Source: Dehalococcoidia bacterium (lineage in GTDB: Bacteria > Chloroflexota > Dehalococcoidia > Plut-88900). From it: a stretch of 64,000 bases of DNA. Positions 1 through 8,692 of this stretch are shown here, one piece after another; within the stretch, counting starts at the first letter, position 1; the number at the start of each line of letters is the position of its first letter. The stretch covers positions 96,001 through 160,000 of the forward strand of contig CBDBLV010000004.1 in NCBI GenBank assembly GCA_965207225.1, given 5' to 3'. Made by a program: the position numbers and the translations under genes. Under the pieces are notes generated by a model. It was not told the origin of the DNA. It did not search any database and saw only the letters and a program-made list of their open reading frames with translations.

Positions 1-399
1 TTTCGGGGAGGGGCGGCGGTCGAAGGCCCGGACGGCGAGAAGAGAGAAGGCAAAGCCCAACAAGCCGCCTCCTGCGCCAAAGCCGATGGTCTCCCACATA
101 CACCCCTGCCAGAACCTTGCGGCGGTGCCCTCGGGGCAGAAGAAGGCATCGGCCACGGCGACCCCGATCAGTCCGAAGGCGAACACGCAAAAGAGTCCAA
201 CCACGAATCGGCCAATTGACCATTGGCGAGTAAACCAGACACCGCGTGCATAGAGGCCCCTTATCCACCGGTGACGGTACACGGGCCGGGGCACGACCGC
301 ACGTTGAGGCGGCGCGAAGAGGACCTCGTCCGGATAAGGAAGGACTTCTTGGGAACTGCTGGCGGCAGGATTGGGACCGCCAAGGCTTTCGTCGGGCAA
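1..399 (-). CDS. Hypothetical membrane protein (3' end runs off the window)
   Basis: Translated by hand: TTG at 399 after GAGAGG, frame open to base 1. Two hydrophobic segments (FVVGLFCVFAFGLIGVAVA; IGFGAGGGLLGFAFSLLAV). Starts 13 bp after the MFS stop. Confidence 0.6.
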   Translation of the reverse strand, partial: MPDESLGGPNPAASSSQEVLPYPDEVLFAPPQRAVVPRPVYRHRWIRGLYARGVWFTRQWSIGRFVVGLFCVFAFGLIGVAVADAFFCPEGTAARFWQGCMWETIGFGAGGGLLGFAFSLLAVRAFDRRPSPK

Positions 400-411
400 T
401 TCGCAGACCTC

Positions 412-1881
412 TCAGGGGTTCGGGAGGGGCGGGGCGGTTTCGCCGGGCCCGCTACCTTTTAATTTTACATCACCGCCGGGGCGTTTCATAAGGAAGGTCG
501 GGAGGAGGGCGGCGAGGGAGACTATGAGGGCGACGATGAAGAAACCGCGGAAGACGGTGAGGCCAGCCTGAGAGACCTGGGAGACGTAGTCGGGGTCTGT
601 GAAGGAAAGGTCGATGCCACGGACGAGGAAATCGAAGCGGTCGGTGCCCCAGGCGGCGATGGCGGCAAGGCCCACGGTCATACCCATCAACCGCATTACG
701 GTGAGAAGACCCGAGGCCGATCCCCGGTGCTCGGTGGGGGCGGAGTCGACGGCGGCGGCGGCGATGGGGGCGATGACGAGGCCGAACCCGAAGCCGCCGA
801 TGACGAGGTGGATAGTGAGGTCGGGGTCGGCGAGGGTGGTGTCCCAGCCCTGCATGAGGAAGAAAGAGACGGCAGCGAAGATGAGGCCGAGGGCGGTCGG
901 GAGCCGGTAGCCGAGTCGGGACACGGCCAGCCCTCCAAGGATTCCGCCGACGGGCACGGCTGCAGTGAAGCGGACCAGCCTGAGACCACCTTCGAGGGAG
1001 TCTTCGCCCATGACGGTGTTGGTTATTAGGGGCACGTTGACCATGGCGATGATTAGGCCGACTCCGATAAGGAAATGGGTGAGATTTGCGCCGGAGAAGG
1101 TGGCGCGCTGGAAGAGCCGGGGGTCGATGAGGGGATAGGGGATGCGCTTTTCCCTGATGATGAATCCGGCGGCGAGGGCCAGGGAGAGGACTATACCGAC
1201 GGCGGCGAGGGGTGGGGAGTCGGACCAGCGGGAAATGGACAGGGTGAGGATGACGAGGGCGAGCATGAGCCAGAAGCCGCCCAGGTAGTCGACGGGGGTC
1301 TTGCGGCCGGTGCCACCGGGGACAAGGAGCAGGAGGAGCAGGATGGAGAGAGCTACGAGGGGCACGTTGATCCAGAAGACCCATCGCCAGTCCAGGAAAC
1401 GGTCGATGAGGGCGCCCCACATGGGGCCTATGACGCCTCCGAACTCGGCGGAGGCACCGAGAAGGCCGAGGGCGGGGGCCCGGCGGCCGGGGGGGAAAAG
1501 GTGGCCGATCATGGCGATAGTGACCGGGATGACAGCTCCTCCCCCAACGGCCTGGAGGATTCGGTAGCCGACCAGGGGCCAGAGGTCGTTGGCTATGGCG
1601 CAGAGGACGGAACCGCCGGCAAACAGGAGCATGGCAGAAACGTAGACCTGCCGGTGGCCGTAGACGTCGGATAGCTTACCGATAAGGGGCATACCGCAGG
1701 TGTAGCCGAGGAGGTAGCCAGTGATGATCCAGGAGACCTGGCTCAGATCGTCGACGCCGAGGCGGAAGTCGCCCATGATGCTGGGGAGGATGGTGACGAC
1801 GACGACCTGGTCGTCGGCGGCGATGAAGACGCCGAAGCAGGCGGCGAGGATGGGGACGTAGGGGCTTCGGGGGCGAATCAT
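412..1881 (-). CDS. MFS transporter, DHA2 (14-TM EmrB/QacA, P55/Rv1410c-like)
   Basis: GKLSDVYGHR motif A, D-Q-x-VVVTILP in TM1, WRWVFWINVP, about 14 hydrophobic segments. Start reset to ATG 1881. Confidence 0.9.
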   Translation of the reverse strand: MIRPRSPYVPILAACFGVFIAADDQVVVVTILPSIMGDFRLGVDDLSQVSWIITGYLLGYTCGMPLIGKLSDVYGHRQVYVSAMLLFAGGSVLCAIANDLWPLVGYRILQAVGGGAVIPVTIAMIGHLFPPGRRAPALGLLGASAEFGGVIGPMWGALIDRFLDWRWVFWINVPLVALSILLLLLLVPGGTGRKTPVDYLGGFWLMLALVILTLSISRWSDSPPLAAVGIVLSLALAAGFIIREKRIPYPLIDPRLFQRATFSGANLTHFLIGVGLIIAMVNVPLITNTVMGEDSLEGGLRLVRFTAAVPVGGILGGLAVSRLGYRLPTALGLIFAAVSFFLMQGWDTTLADPDLTIHLVIGGFGFGLVIAPIAAAAVDSAPTEHRGSASGLLTVMRLMGMTVGLAAIAAWGTDRFDFLVRGIDLSFTDPDYVSQVSQAGLTVFRGFFIVALIVSLAALLPTFLMKRPGGDVKLKGSGPGETAPPLPNP

Positions 1882-1891
1882 TGCCTTTGGG

Positions 1892-2635
1892 TCAAGAGTC
1901 AGCCCCGAGGTCGGGCATGGCGATTTCGACGGGGATATCGAAGTCGGAGGGAAGGATGGTGCGGGTGATGTCGGGGGCCTCGTCGGAGGACATGGGGCCG
2001 ACCATGTGGATCCTGTAGACGAGGGAGCCGTCCTTGCCAATCCAGATGCCGACATCGATGGGGAGGCCGGGCTCGGCGGAGGGGGCGATGGAAGTTAGCT
2101 GGGCGGAATCGATGACCGAGGTGATGTGGTAGGTTGCCACGCCGTCAACCTCGGCTTCGCCTTCCAGGACGGGGTCTACAGCGTCGCGGATGATGCCGCT
2201 GATGCCGGTTGTGGGGTCAAGCAAGGCAGAGCTAATGACTCCACCTTCGATCTCCTCGAATTCCTTGGTGAAGGGGTTGGTGAGGAAAGTACGGTCGCCT
2301 ATAGCGACGAGGGTGACGTCGAAGAAGAGGTTTCCGGCAAAGGCCCCTATTTCTGCCTGGAGACGGTCTGGGGCGGCTACGTCACCGGTGACATCCTCCA
2401 TTACAAGGCCGAAGGCGATGGGGGTGCCGCCGTTTTCGTGGGTCATGGTGAACTTGAAGAAATCCAGGGCTTCGAAGCGGTCGGCAGCATCAGCAAGGAT
2501 AACGACCGGGTCGGGGGCGGGGGGCGGGGTGGTTGTCGGGGCTTCGGGTTCCGCCGTCCCACACGACACGAAGAGGGAGAAGCCGATAATGGCCAGGATG
2601 CCGATGAAGAGCGTTGTCCGGCGCTTGTAGGGCAT
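1892..2635 (-). CDS. LppX/LprAFG (LprG-like) family lipoprotein
   Basis: Basic N-terminus, hydrophobic stretch, lipobox FVS-C25, Pro/Thr linker. Motifs GDVAAPDR, LLDPTTGIS, EVDGVATYHI, IWIGKDG and SDFDIPVEI resemble the family. Confidence 0.75.
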   Translation of the reverse strand: MPYKRRTTLFIGILAIIGFSLFVSCGTAEPEAPTTTPPPAPDPVVILADAADRFEALDFFKFTMTHENGGTPIAFGLVMEDVTGDVAAPDRLQAEIGAFAGNLFFDVTLVAIGDRTFLTNPFTKEFEEIEGGVISSALLDPTTGISGIIRDAVDPVLEGEAEVDGVATYHITSVIDSAQLTSIAPSAEPGLPIDVGIWIGKDGSLVYRIHMVGPMSSDEAPDITRTILPSDFDIPVEIAMPDLGADS

Positions 2636-2791
2636 GTCTTTAGGTGGAGGGTCTCGGGGGCCTGGGTTGGGGGCATGTTATAGCAACGGACAGGGGCGCG
2701 CCACAATATGCAGGGGCCGAGCCCCTTCCCCCGTGATAGAATGCCGCGCGAGCCCTTCTGCCGGTCCGTACTGCACCAAGGGGAGCTTTCT

Positions 2792-3436
2792 ATGGAAGAC
2801 GCACCAATCCTGGCATTGATACTTGTTGCGCTCGGCGGGTTTGTAATCGGGTCGGTCCCGACGGCTGTCCTCGTTGTCAAACGATTTACAGGGAAGGACG
2901 TGATGACGCTGGGCACGGGGAATGTCGGGACGATGAATACGCTGCGAGCGACGAACTCGAAGAAGTTGACTCTCCTGGTGCTCTTTGGGGACATGAGCAA
3001 GGGAGCGCTGGCGTTATTGTTGGGATGGGGAGTGGCGACGGGATTCGGGTACGTGCCGAATCTGGTGATGACGGTGGGAGGAATAGCGTCGATTGTCGGG
3101 CACAACTACTCGGTCTTTCTGAAGCTCAAGGGCGGAAAAGGGCTGGCGACGGGGGTCCCGGTGCTGCTGCACATAGAGCCGGCGCTAGTGGGTGTCTGGA
3201 TAGCGGTGTTCCTGATCACGGTGGCGCTGACCAGGCTGATGGTCGGGGGGCAGATAATGGGGACGGCCGCTGCAGCGCTGGTAGGGTTGTTTGTCTATCC
3301 ACAGACGGCGATTCCGGCGGGAATCCTGGCGGCGATTATCTTTGTGAAGCACGCCCCGCGGATCAAGAACATCATCGAGGGGACCGAGCCGAAGATGTAC
3401 TACAAAATCCGGAAATCGGGAGGGGAAGGGGGCTGA
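2792..3436 (+). CDS. plsY: Glycerol-3-phosphate acyltransferase PlsY
   Basis: GSVPT, GTGNVGTMNTLR, DMSKG, GHNYS, KGGKGLAT and KHAPRI motifs. Confidence 0.9.
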   Translation: MEDAPILALILVALGGFVIGSVPTAVLVVKRFTGKDVMTLGTGNVGTMNTLRATNSKKLTLLVLFGDMSKGALALLLGWGVATGFGYVPNLVMTVGGIASIVGHNYSVFLKLKGGKGLATGVPVLLHIEPALVGVWIAVFLITVALTRLMVGGQIMGTAAAALVGLFVYPQTAIPAGILAAIIFVKHAPRIKNIIEGTEPKMYYKIRKSGGEGG

Positions 3437-3464
3437 GGTTTGAGTGGGGGATTGCAGTCGGAAT

Positions 3465-3523
3465 GGACATAAGGCCTTTGGCTGGACATAAGGATGGCGG
3501 ATTTCAGGGTTGAGGGACATAAG
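3465..3523 (+). repeat. Three direct repeats of GGACATAAG
   Basis: Copies at 3465-3473, 3484-3492 and 3515-3523. Confidence 0.8.
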
Positions 3524-3714
3524 ACGGGGGGCCGGGGTCGGGTTGTTGGGGTGGTGAAACGTTTGGTGGTCAGCGCGATTTCATAGCTGGATTAAGGGAA
3601 TTTGGAGGCCGCCAGGATACTTGCGAAACGACAGAACTTCATGCTGATCAAGGTGTTACTTTACCAAGGTTATATGAATTATTATGTCTAGTATCTATGC
3701 CTTCTTTGGTATGT

Positions 3715-3742
3715 AGCTGACATAACAGATATAGTGCGAAGT
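3715..3742 (-). other. dif-like (XerC/XerD) recombination site
   Basis: Minus strand reads ACTTCGCACTA-TATCTG-TTATGTCAGCT (11-6-11), similar to known dif sites, inside an AT-rich patch. Confidence 0.4.
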
Positions 3743-3840
3743 GTTGTTGATGGGTGTTTGGGGGTGGGGGAAGTCGGATTTTGATGAGGTGCATGGAGTG
3801 GGGTTGTGGGTGACGATGGTGAGTGGTGGGCCAGCGCCTT

Positions 3841-4034
3841 AGATCCCTCGCGGGGCATCGGGATGGGAGGGGGGAGGGAACGCCTCCTGACCCCACGGGG
3901 AACCCTCTCCCCCTTGATCCCCCTCTCCCTTAGGGCCTTTGAGGAAGAGGGGGAGAGAAGAACAAAGGCAGACGCACTGTGCTTCAGCACTGGGAAGGCG
4001 AGGGATGGATTCCGGCTCCGGGGCTGGAGTGAGG
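3841..4034 (+). repeat. Cluster of REP-like palindromic elements
   Basis: AGATCCCTCGCGGGGCATCGGGATG (3841), CCCTCTCCCCC...GAGGGGGAGAG (3903-3957) and GGATGGATTCCGGCTCCGGGGCTGGAGTGA (about 4003). Each type recurs elsewhere in the window. Confidence 0.7.
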
Positions 4035-4049
4035 GATTAGAGGCGATTA

Positions 4050-5033
4050 TCAGAAGGTTTCGGGGTGGAGGAGGGTCTGGAGGAGTTGCTGGGCGGCGGT
4101 GTGGGGGTCCAGGGCGCCGGATGCGACCTCGTCGACGAGGTTGGAGAGGGTTGGGTCGGAGGAAAGGAGGTGTTGGGCTTCCCGGTCGACGTGGTTGCGG
4201 ATGGCTTCGAAGAGTTCACGCTTGCGTCGTTCGCTGCGGCGTCGGGCCAGGAGTCCCGATTGCTCTGATACACCTCTGTGCTCGACTATAGCGTCGACCA
4301 GGGCGTCGATGCCGACACCTTCCACGGCCTTTGTAGACAGGACCCTGGGGACCCATTCCCTGGGCCTGGTATCCCAGCTGATGGCGGCGGTGATATCGCG
4401 AACGACGGCATCGGCGCCCGGGCGGTCGGCCTTGTTGACGACGAAGAGGTCGGCGATCTCCATGAGGCCGGCTTTCATGGCCTGCATGGCATCACCACCT
4501 TCGGGGACAACGGCGACGATCACGGTGTCGGCGAGGCCCATGATGTCTAGCTCGGCCTGACCTACGCCCACGGTCTCTACTATGGTTACATCGGTGCCGA
4601 AGACGTCGAGGAGCTTCACGGCGTCACGGGTACACCTGGGGAGGCCGCCCTGACTGCCCCTGGTGGCCATGCTTCGGATGTAGACGCCCGGGTCCTTGTA
4701 GTGTCTCTGCATGCGGACGCGGTCGGCGAGGATAGCGCCTCCGGTGAAGGGGCTGGTGGGGTCGGCGGCGAGAATGCCAACCTTTGGAGCAACGGATGAG
4801 CCGTTCCAGCCCTCTTGCGACCTCAGGTGGGAGGCGATCCTATCTACCAGCGTGCTCTTGCCTGCACCGGGTGGCCCCGTGATGCCTACGGTGTAGGAGC
4901 GGCCGACGTGGGGGCTGATGTGCCGGAGGAGGGTTTGGGAGTCGGGGCCTGATCTTTCGACGAGGGTGATGGAGCGGGCCAGGGCACGCTTGTCTCCGGC
5001 GAGGAGGTTATCTATGAGGTTGGGTTCGAGCAC
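4050..5033 (-). CDS. meaB: Methylmalonyl-CoA mutase-associated GTPase MeaB
   Basis: GITGPPGAGKST, DPTSPFTGGAILADRVRM, ETVGVGQ, KAGLMEIAD and NKAD. Confidence 0.93.
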   Translation of the reverse strand: MLEPNLIDNLLAGDKRALARSITLVERSGPDSQTLLRHISPHVGRSYTVGITGPPGAGKSTLVDRIASHLRSQEGWNGSSVAPKVGILAADPTSPFTGGAILADRVRMQRHYKDPGVYIRSMATRGSQGGLPRCTRDAVKLLDVFGTDVTIVETVGVGQAELDIMGLADTVIVAVVPEGGDAMQAMKAGLMEIADLFVVNKADRPGADAVVRDITAAISWDTRPREWVPRVLSTKAVEGVGIDALVDAIVEHRGVSEQSGLLARRRSERRKRELFEAIRNHVDREAQHLLSSDPTLSNLVDEVASGALDPHTAAQQLLQTLLHPETF

Positions 5034-5231
5034 TCAGGATGTCTTTTCTAAGGAGGTGATGGGAAATCCGGGTGTGGGGCCCAGTACCGGATTCCTAGCG
5101 GAGCATCGGGATGACAGTTGTTCATCGGGACAGATTATAAGGGTAATGGTGGGGTGTCGGAGTTTGGCACTATTGTAGAATTGGTCATTCCCATAACGCC
5201 CGCCGTGCGCCAGCTTGAGAGGAGAGACGAA

Positions 5232-6434
5232 ATGGACCAAGTCGAATACCTGCGGCAGCTCCGGAGCGGTCCGATAGAGAAGGAGCTTCCATTCACGCAA
5301 GAGGAGTACGACGCTCGGGTCAACAAGGTAAGGGCCGAGATGGCGGCGGACGGGCTGGATGGGTTGATCGTGATGTCGCCGGCGAACCTACACTATCTTT
5401 CGGGGTACTACACGTTCTCGGTCTCCAACCTGACTGCGCTGGTGCTGCCGACTGAGGGTGAGGCGGGTGTGGTGACGGCATCGTGCGAGATCCCGGCAGC
5501 GGTGCTGTCGGGATGGGTGGAGGACGTGGTGAGCTTTGCCTGGGACGAGGGAGGCCTGGTGGCGTCCAAGGTGGCGGCGATGCTCGAAACTCGGGGGTTA
5601 GGGGACAAGCGTATAGGTATAGAGATGGACCGTGGAGGACCGGTACCGGAACTGGTTGCAGAGCTGGGGCGGATTATGCCCAATATGTCGATAGTGGATG
5701 CATCAGACCTGGTGACTAGGGTGAAGAAGATCAAGTCGGCGAAGGAACTGGAATACATGCGGGAGGCGGGGAGGATGTCGGTTGCGGGGGCTAATGCGTC
5801 ACTTCAAGCGATCGGGCCCGGGGTGACGGACAACGAGCTGGCGCAGGTGGGATATTCAACGATAATCGGGGCGGGGAGTGAATTTATGTCAACTGACCCG
5901 ATAGTGACGACCGGGGCTCGGGCGAGCTGGCACCATACAACGTTTCGCAGGCTGCCGTTGAATCAGGGTGACGTGGCTTTCCTGGAATACAGCGGCTGTT
6001 ACCACAGGTACAACGCCCCGATCATGAGGACGGGGGTGCTGGGCGAGCCTTCGGGTGACGTGCGCAGGATAGCGGATGCGGTGGAGAGGACGCTCAACCT
6101 GGTGATAGAGAATGCGAAGGGCGGCCGGACCTCCCACGACGTGGCCCTGGCTGTGCACAAAGGTTATGCAGGGATGGAAGATGAGATGTGGTTTATGGGG
6201 ATATGCGGGTACAGCGTCGGGGTCGGGTTCCCGCCGACGTGGGCGGACGGGGCGGCGTTCATAGCCGAGGGGAACGATACGGTGCTGGAGCCGGGCATGA
6301 CGTTCCACTTGCCGATCATGTTTCGGGTGCCGCGGAAGTTCGGGGTGGGGATGAGTGAGACGATTGCGATAACGGAGGATGGGTGCGATGTGCTCACGGA
6401 AGAGAGTCGGGGGTTGTACGTGGGTGGGGTGTAA
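5232..6434 (+). CDS. M24 (Xaa-Pro peptidase/creatinase/ectoine hydrolase-like) family protein
   Basis: PFTQEEYDARV N-domain, KSAKELEYMREA, LEPGMTFH, GMSETIAITEDG. Canonical metal ligands are largely missing, as in DoeA/creatinase types. Confidence 0.85.
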   Translation: MDQVEYLRQLRSGPIEKELPFTQEEYDARVNKVRAEMAADGLDGLIVMSPANLHYLSGYYTFSVSNLTALVLPTEGEAGVVTASCEIPAAVLSGWVEDVVSFAWDEGGLVASKVAAMLETRGLGDKRIGIEMDRGGPVPELVAELGRIMPNMSIVDASDLVTRVKKIKSAKELEYMREAGRMSVAGANASLQAIGPGVTDNELAQVGYSTIIGAGSEFMSTDPIVTTGARASWHHTTFRRLPLNQGDVAFLEYSGCYHRYNAPIMRTGVLGEPSGDVRRIADAVERTLNLVIENAKGGRTSHDVALAVHKGYAGMEDEMWFMGICGYSVGVGFPPTWADGAAFIAEGNDTVLEPGMTFHLPIMFRVPRKFGVGMSETIAITEDGCDVLTEESRGLYVGGV

Positions 6435-6460
6435 GGGCGCCTTAGGAGCGGACATCTCCC

Positions 6461-6538
6461 CCCGCTCGTACTTCGAGAGCCTCAGCACGAGCGACCCCAT
6501 CCTGGGGATGGATTCCCGATCGGAGTCGGGAATGACGG
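6461..6538 (+). repeat. Composite REP-like element (CGCTC..CTTCGA..CTCAG..GAGCG plus GGATTCCCG..CGGGAATGAC)
   Basis: The first 38 bp are identical to 48883-48920. Lies between convergent genes. Confidence 0.85.
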
Positions 6539-6548
6539 AGTAAAGTAG

Positions 6549-7304
6549 CTATTGGGCGGTCCAGCCTCCGTCAACGGGCATGGCGTGGCCGGTGACGAAG
6601 GATGCGGCGTCGGAGCAGAGCCAGACTACGGTCTCGCCGATCTCTTCGGGTCGGCCCATTCGCCCGGAGGGTGACAGGCCGGTGACCCAGGGCTCGAGGC
6701 CCGGGTCTTCATCCATCAGCTTTCTCACGGAGGTGGTGGGGACGTGGGCGGGGCAGATGGCGTTGACGCGGATACCCTGGTCGGCGTATTCGAGGGCGGC
6801 GGCCCTGGTCAGCCCGACCACGCCGTGCTTGGCGGCGACGTAGGCGGCGGTCCCGACGGCCCCGGCGATACCGTAGATGGACGAAGTGTTGACTATGGCG
6901 CCGGCGCCCTGCTCGAGCATTATGGAGATCTCTCGCCTCATGCAGTACCAGATGCTGTTGAGGTTGATCTCGACAACGTGAAGCCAGTCCTCGACGCGGT
7001 ACTGGTGGGTCATGGGTCGGCCCATGCCGCCGCCACCGCCGGCGTTGTTGTGAGCGCAGTCAAGGCGGCCGTAGAGTTCGATAGTCTTCTGGACCAGGGC
7101 GTCGACCTGCTCGACGCTAGTGACGTCGCAGGGGACAAAGGTAGCTTCGCCGCCGGACTCACGTATCAGGGCGACGGTTTGTGAACCGCCGACCTCGTCG
7201 ATGTCGGAAACGACGACCCTTGCACCTTCACGGGCAAAGGCCCGGGCGGAGGCGCGGCCAAGGCCATCGCCTGCTCCGGTGACGAGGGCGACTTTGTTCT
7301 GCAT
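6549..7304 (-). CDS. Short-chain dehydrogenase/reductase
   Basis: TGAGDGLG, NNAG, YVAAKHG and VDGG. Confidence 0.93.
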   Translation of the reverse strand: MQNKVALVTGAGDGLGRASARAFAREGARVVVSDIDEVGGSQTVALIRESGGEATFVPCDVTSVEQVDALVQKTIELYGRLDCAHNNAGGGGGMGRPMTHQYRVEDWLHVVEINLNSIWYCMRREISIMLEQGAGAIVNTSSIYGIAGAVGTAAYVAAKHGVVGLTRAAALEYADQGIRVNAICPAHVPTTSVRKLMDEDPGLEPWVTGLSPSGRMGRPEEIGETVVWLCSDAASFVTGHAMPVDGGWTAQ

Positions 7305-7349
7305 TGCTCCCACGAATCCAGTCCTCCCGGCTAGTCTATTCGAAGATGT

Positions 7350-8672
7350 TCAACCAGTCGAGTAGGATCGTTCCTTCAGGGAGTTGATGAGCTCCGGTCG
7401 GTGGTCGGGGTGGGCGATGTTGATTAGGGCCTGAGCGCGCTGGGTGTTGGTCTTACCGAGGAGGGCGGCGACACCGTACTCGGTGACTACGTAGTCGGCG
7501 AAGCTGCGGGGGATGGTGACAGAGGCCCCAGCGTCGAAATGATGCAAGATCCTTGATAGGCCGTCGGGGGTGGTGGAGCGGAGGACTGTGATGGAGCGAC
7601 CTCCCCTGGAAGCGAGGGCCCCGATGACGAACTCCTGCTGGCCACCGGGGCCGTTGATGGGCCGGGGGCCGGGGGCGGACTCGACGTTGATCTGGCCTGT
7701 GAGGTCGACGGAGGCGGCGCCGTTGAAGGCGACCATGTTGTCGTGAGCGGAGATTACGCTTAGGTCGTTGGTGTAGTCGACGTCCCGGACCTCTACCTTG
7801 GGATTGTCTGCGGCGAGGTCCATCTCCTCACCCGCTCCGGCGAGGGCCGAGGTGACAGCGATGCCCCTGTTGAGGGTCTTCCGGCTACCGTTGATGACGC
7901 CTTCTTCTATGAGGGGCAGAATCCCAGGGCACATCACCTCGCTATGGATGCCGAGGTCGGACTTGTTGTCGAACAGCCCGGCCCGGGGGAGGGACATGCC
8001 GACGCGGCCCCAACCTATCTGGATGGTGTCGCCGTCGCGGAGGAGGGTGTTGGCGTGGCGGGCGATTTCTCGGACAAGGTTGTCGGGGGGCGGGACGGAG
8101 TGGTAGAGGACGGGGCCGGTGTCGGGGTTGAGGACGAAGTAGTCGATGTCGGAGACGTGGATGGAGTTGGTGCCGAAGGTGCGGAAGGTGCGGGGGTCGA
8201 CCTCGGCGATTACGAGCCGAGCGGCGGAGGCGTAGGAGCGCTTGTTCCAGAGGCTGTGGCCGAAGCTGCAGAAGCCGTTTTGGTCGGGAGGGGAGACGAC
8301 GGTGAAGAAGATGTCGGGGCGGTGGTCTTCCAGGCCGCGCTCCTGGACGTTCTTGAACATGAGGGTGAAGAGGGCGGGCATGTAGTCGGCGCGTCCGTCC
8401 TCGAGGAAGGGACGGTAGGTATAGCGGTAGGAGTTCTGGACCTGAACGTTGAAGGCAGGGGCGATGCCGGGGTCGAACCAGCCGAGCTCGTTGGCGGGGC
8501 CTGCGCAGAGGATGGTTACGTTCTCGATATCGCCAGCCCGGGCCTGGAGGGCGGAGGAGAGGAGTCGGGGCTCTTCGCCGAGGGTGATGACGACTCGGTC
8601 GCCGGATTTGACGTGGGAGACGGCTTGTTCAAGGGATACCGTGCGGGAACGGTAGTGGTCGGGCCAGCCCAT
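7350..8672 (-). CDS. Acetyl-CoA hydrolase/transferase family (4-hydroxybutyrate CoA-transferase-like)
   Basis: VSPPDQNGFCSFG, DGDTIQIGWG, DLGIHSE, VDLTGQ, GGQQEF and VVTEYGVA. Confidence 0.9.
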   Translation of the reverse strand: MGWPDHYRSRTVSLEQAVSHVKSGDRVVITLGEEPRLLSSALQARAGDIENVTILCAGPANELGWFDPGIAPAFNVQVQNSYRYTYRPFLEDGRADYMPALFTLMFKNVQERGLEDHRPDIFFTVVSPPDQNGFCSFGHSLWNKRSYASAARLVIAEVDPRTFRTFGTNSIHVSDIDYFVLNPDTGPVLYHSVPPPDNLVREIARHANTLLRDGDTIQIGWGRVGMSLPRAGLFDNKSDLGIHSEVMCPGILPLIEEGVINGSRKTLNRGIAVTSALAGAGEEMDLAADNPKVEVRDVDYTNDLSVISAHDNMVAFNGAASVDLTGQINVESAPGPRPINGPGGQQEFVIGALASRGGRSITVLRSTTPDGLSRILHHFDAGASVTIPRSFADYVVTEYGVAALLGKTNTQRAQALINIAHPDHRPELINSLKERSYSTG

Positions 8673-8692
8673 GTGCTGAACCCCCTTGGAGG

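Noticed and set aside
3465-3523. CRISPR array
   Set aside because: The repeats are only 9 bp with irregular 10- and 22-bp gaps, and there are no cas genes.
3650-3745. oriC or the replication terminus
   Set aside because: There is no cluster of TTATCCACA boxes, no dnaA/dnaN, and no visible skew inversion across the site. The dif-like call is kept at low confidence only.
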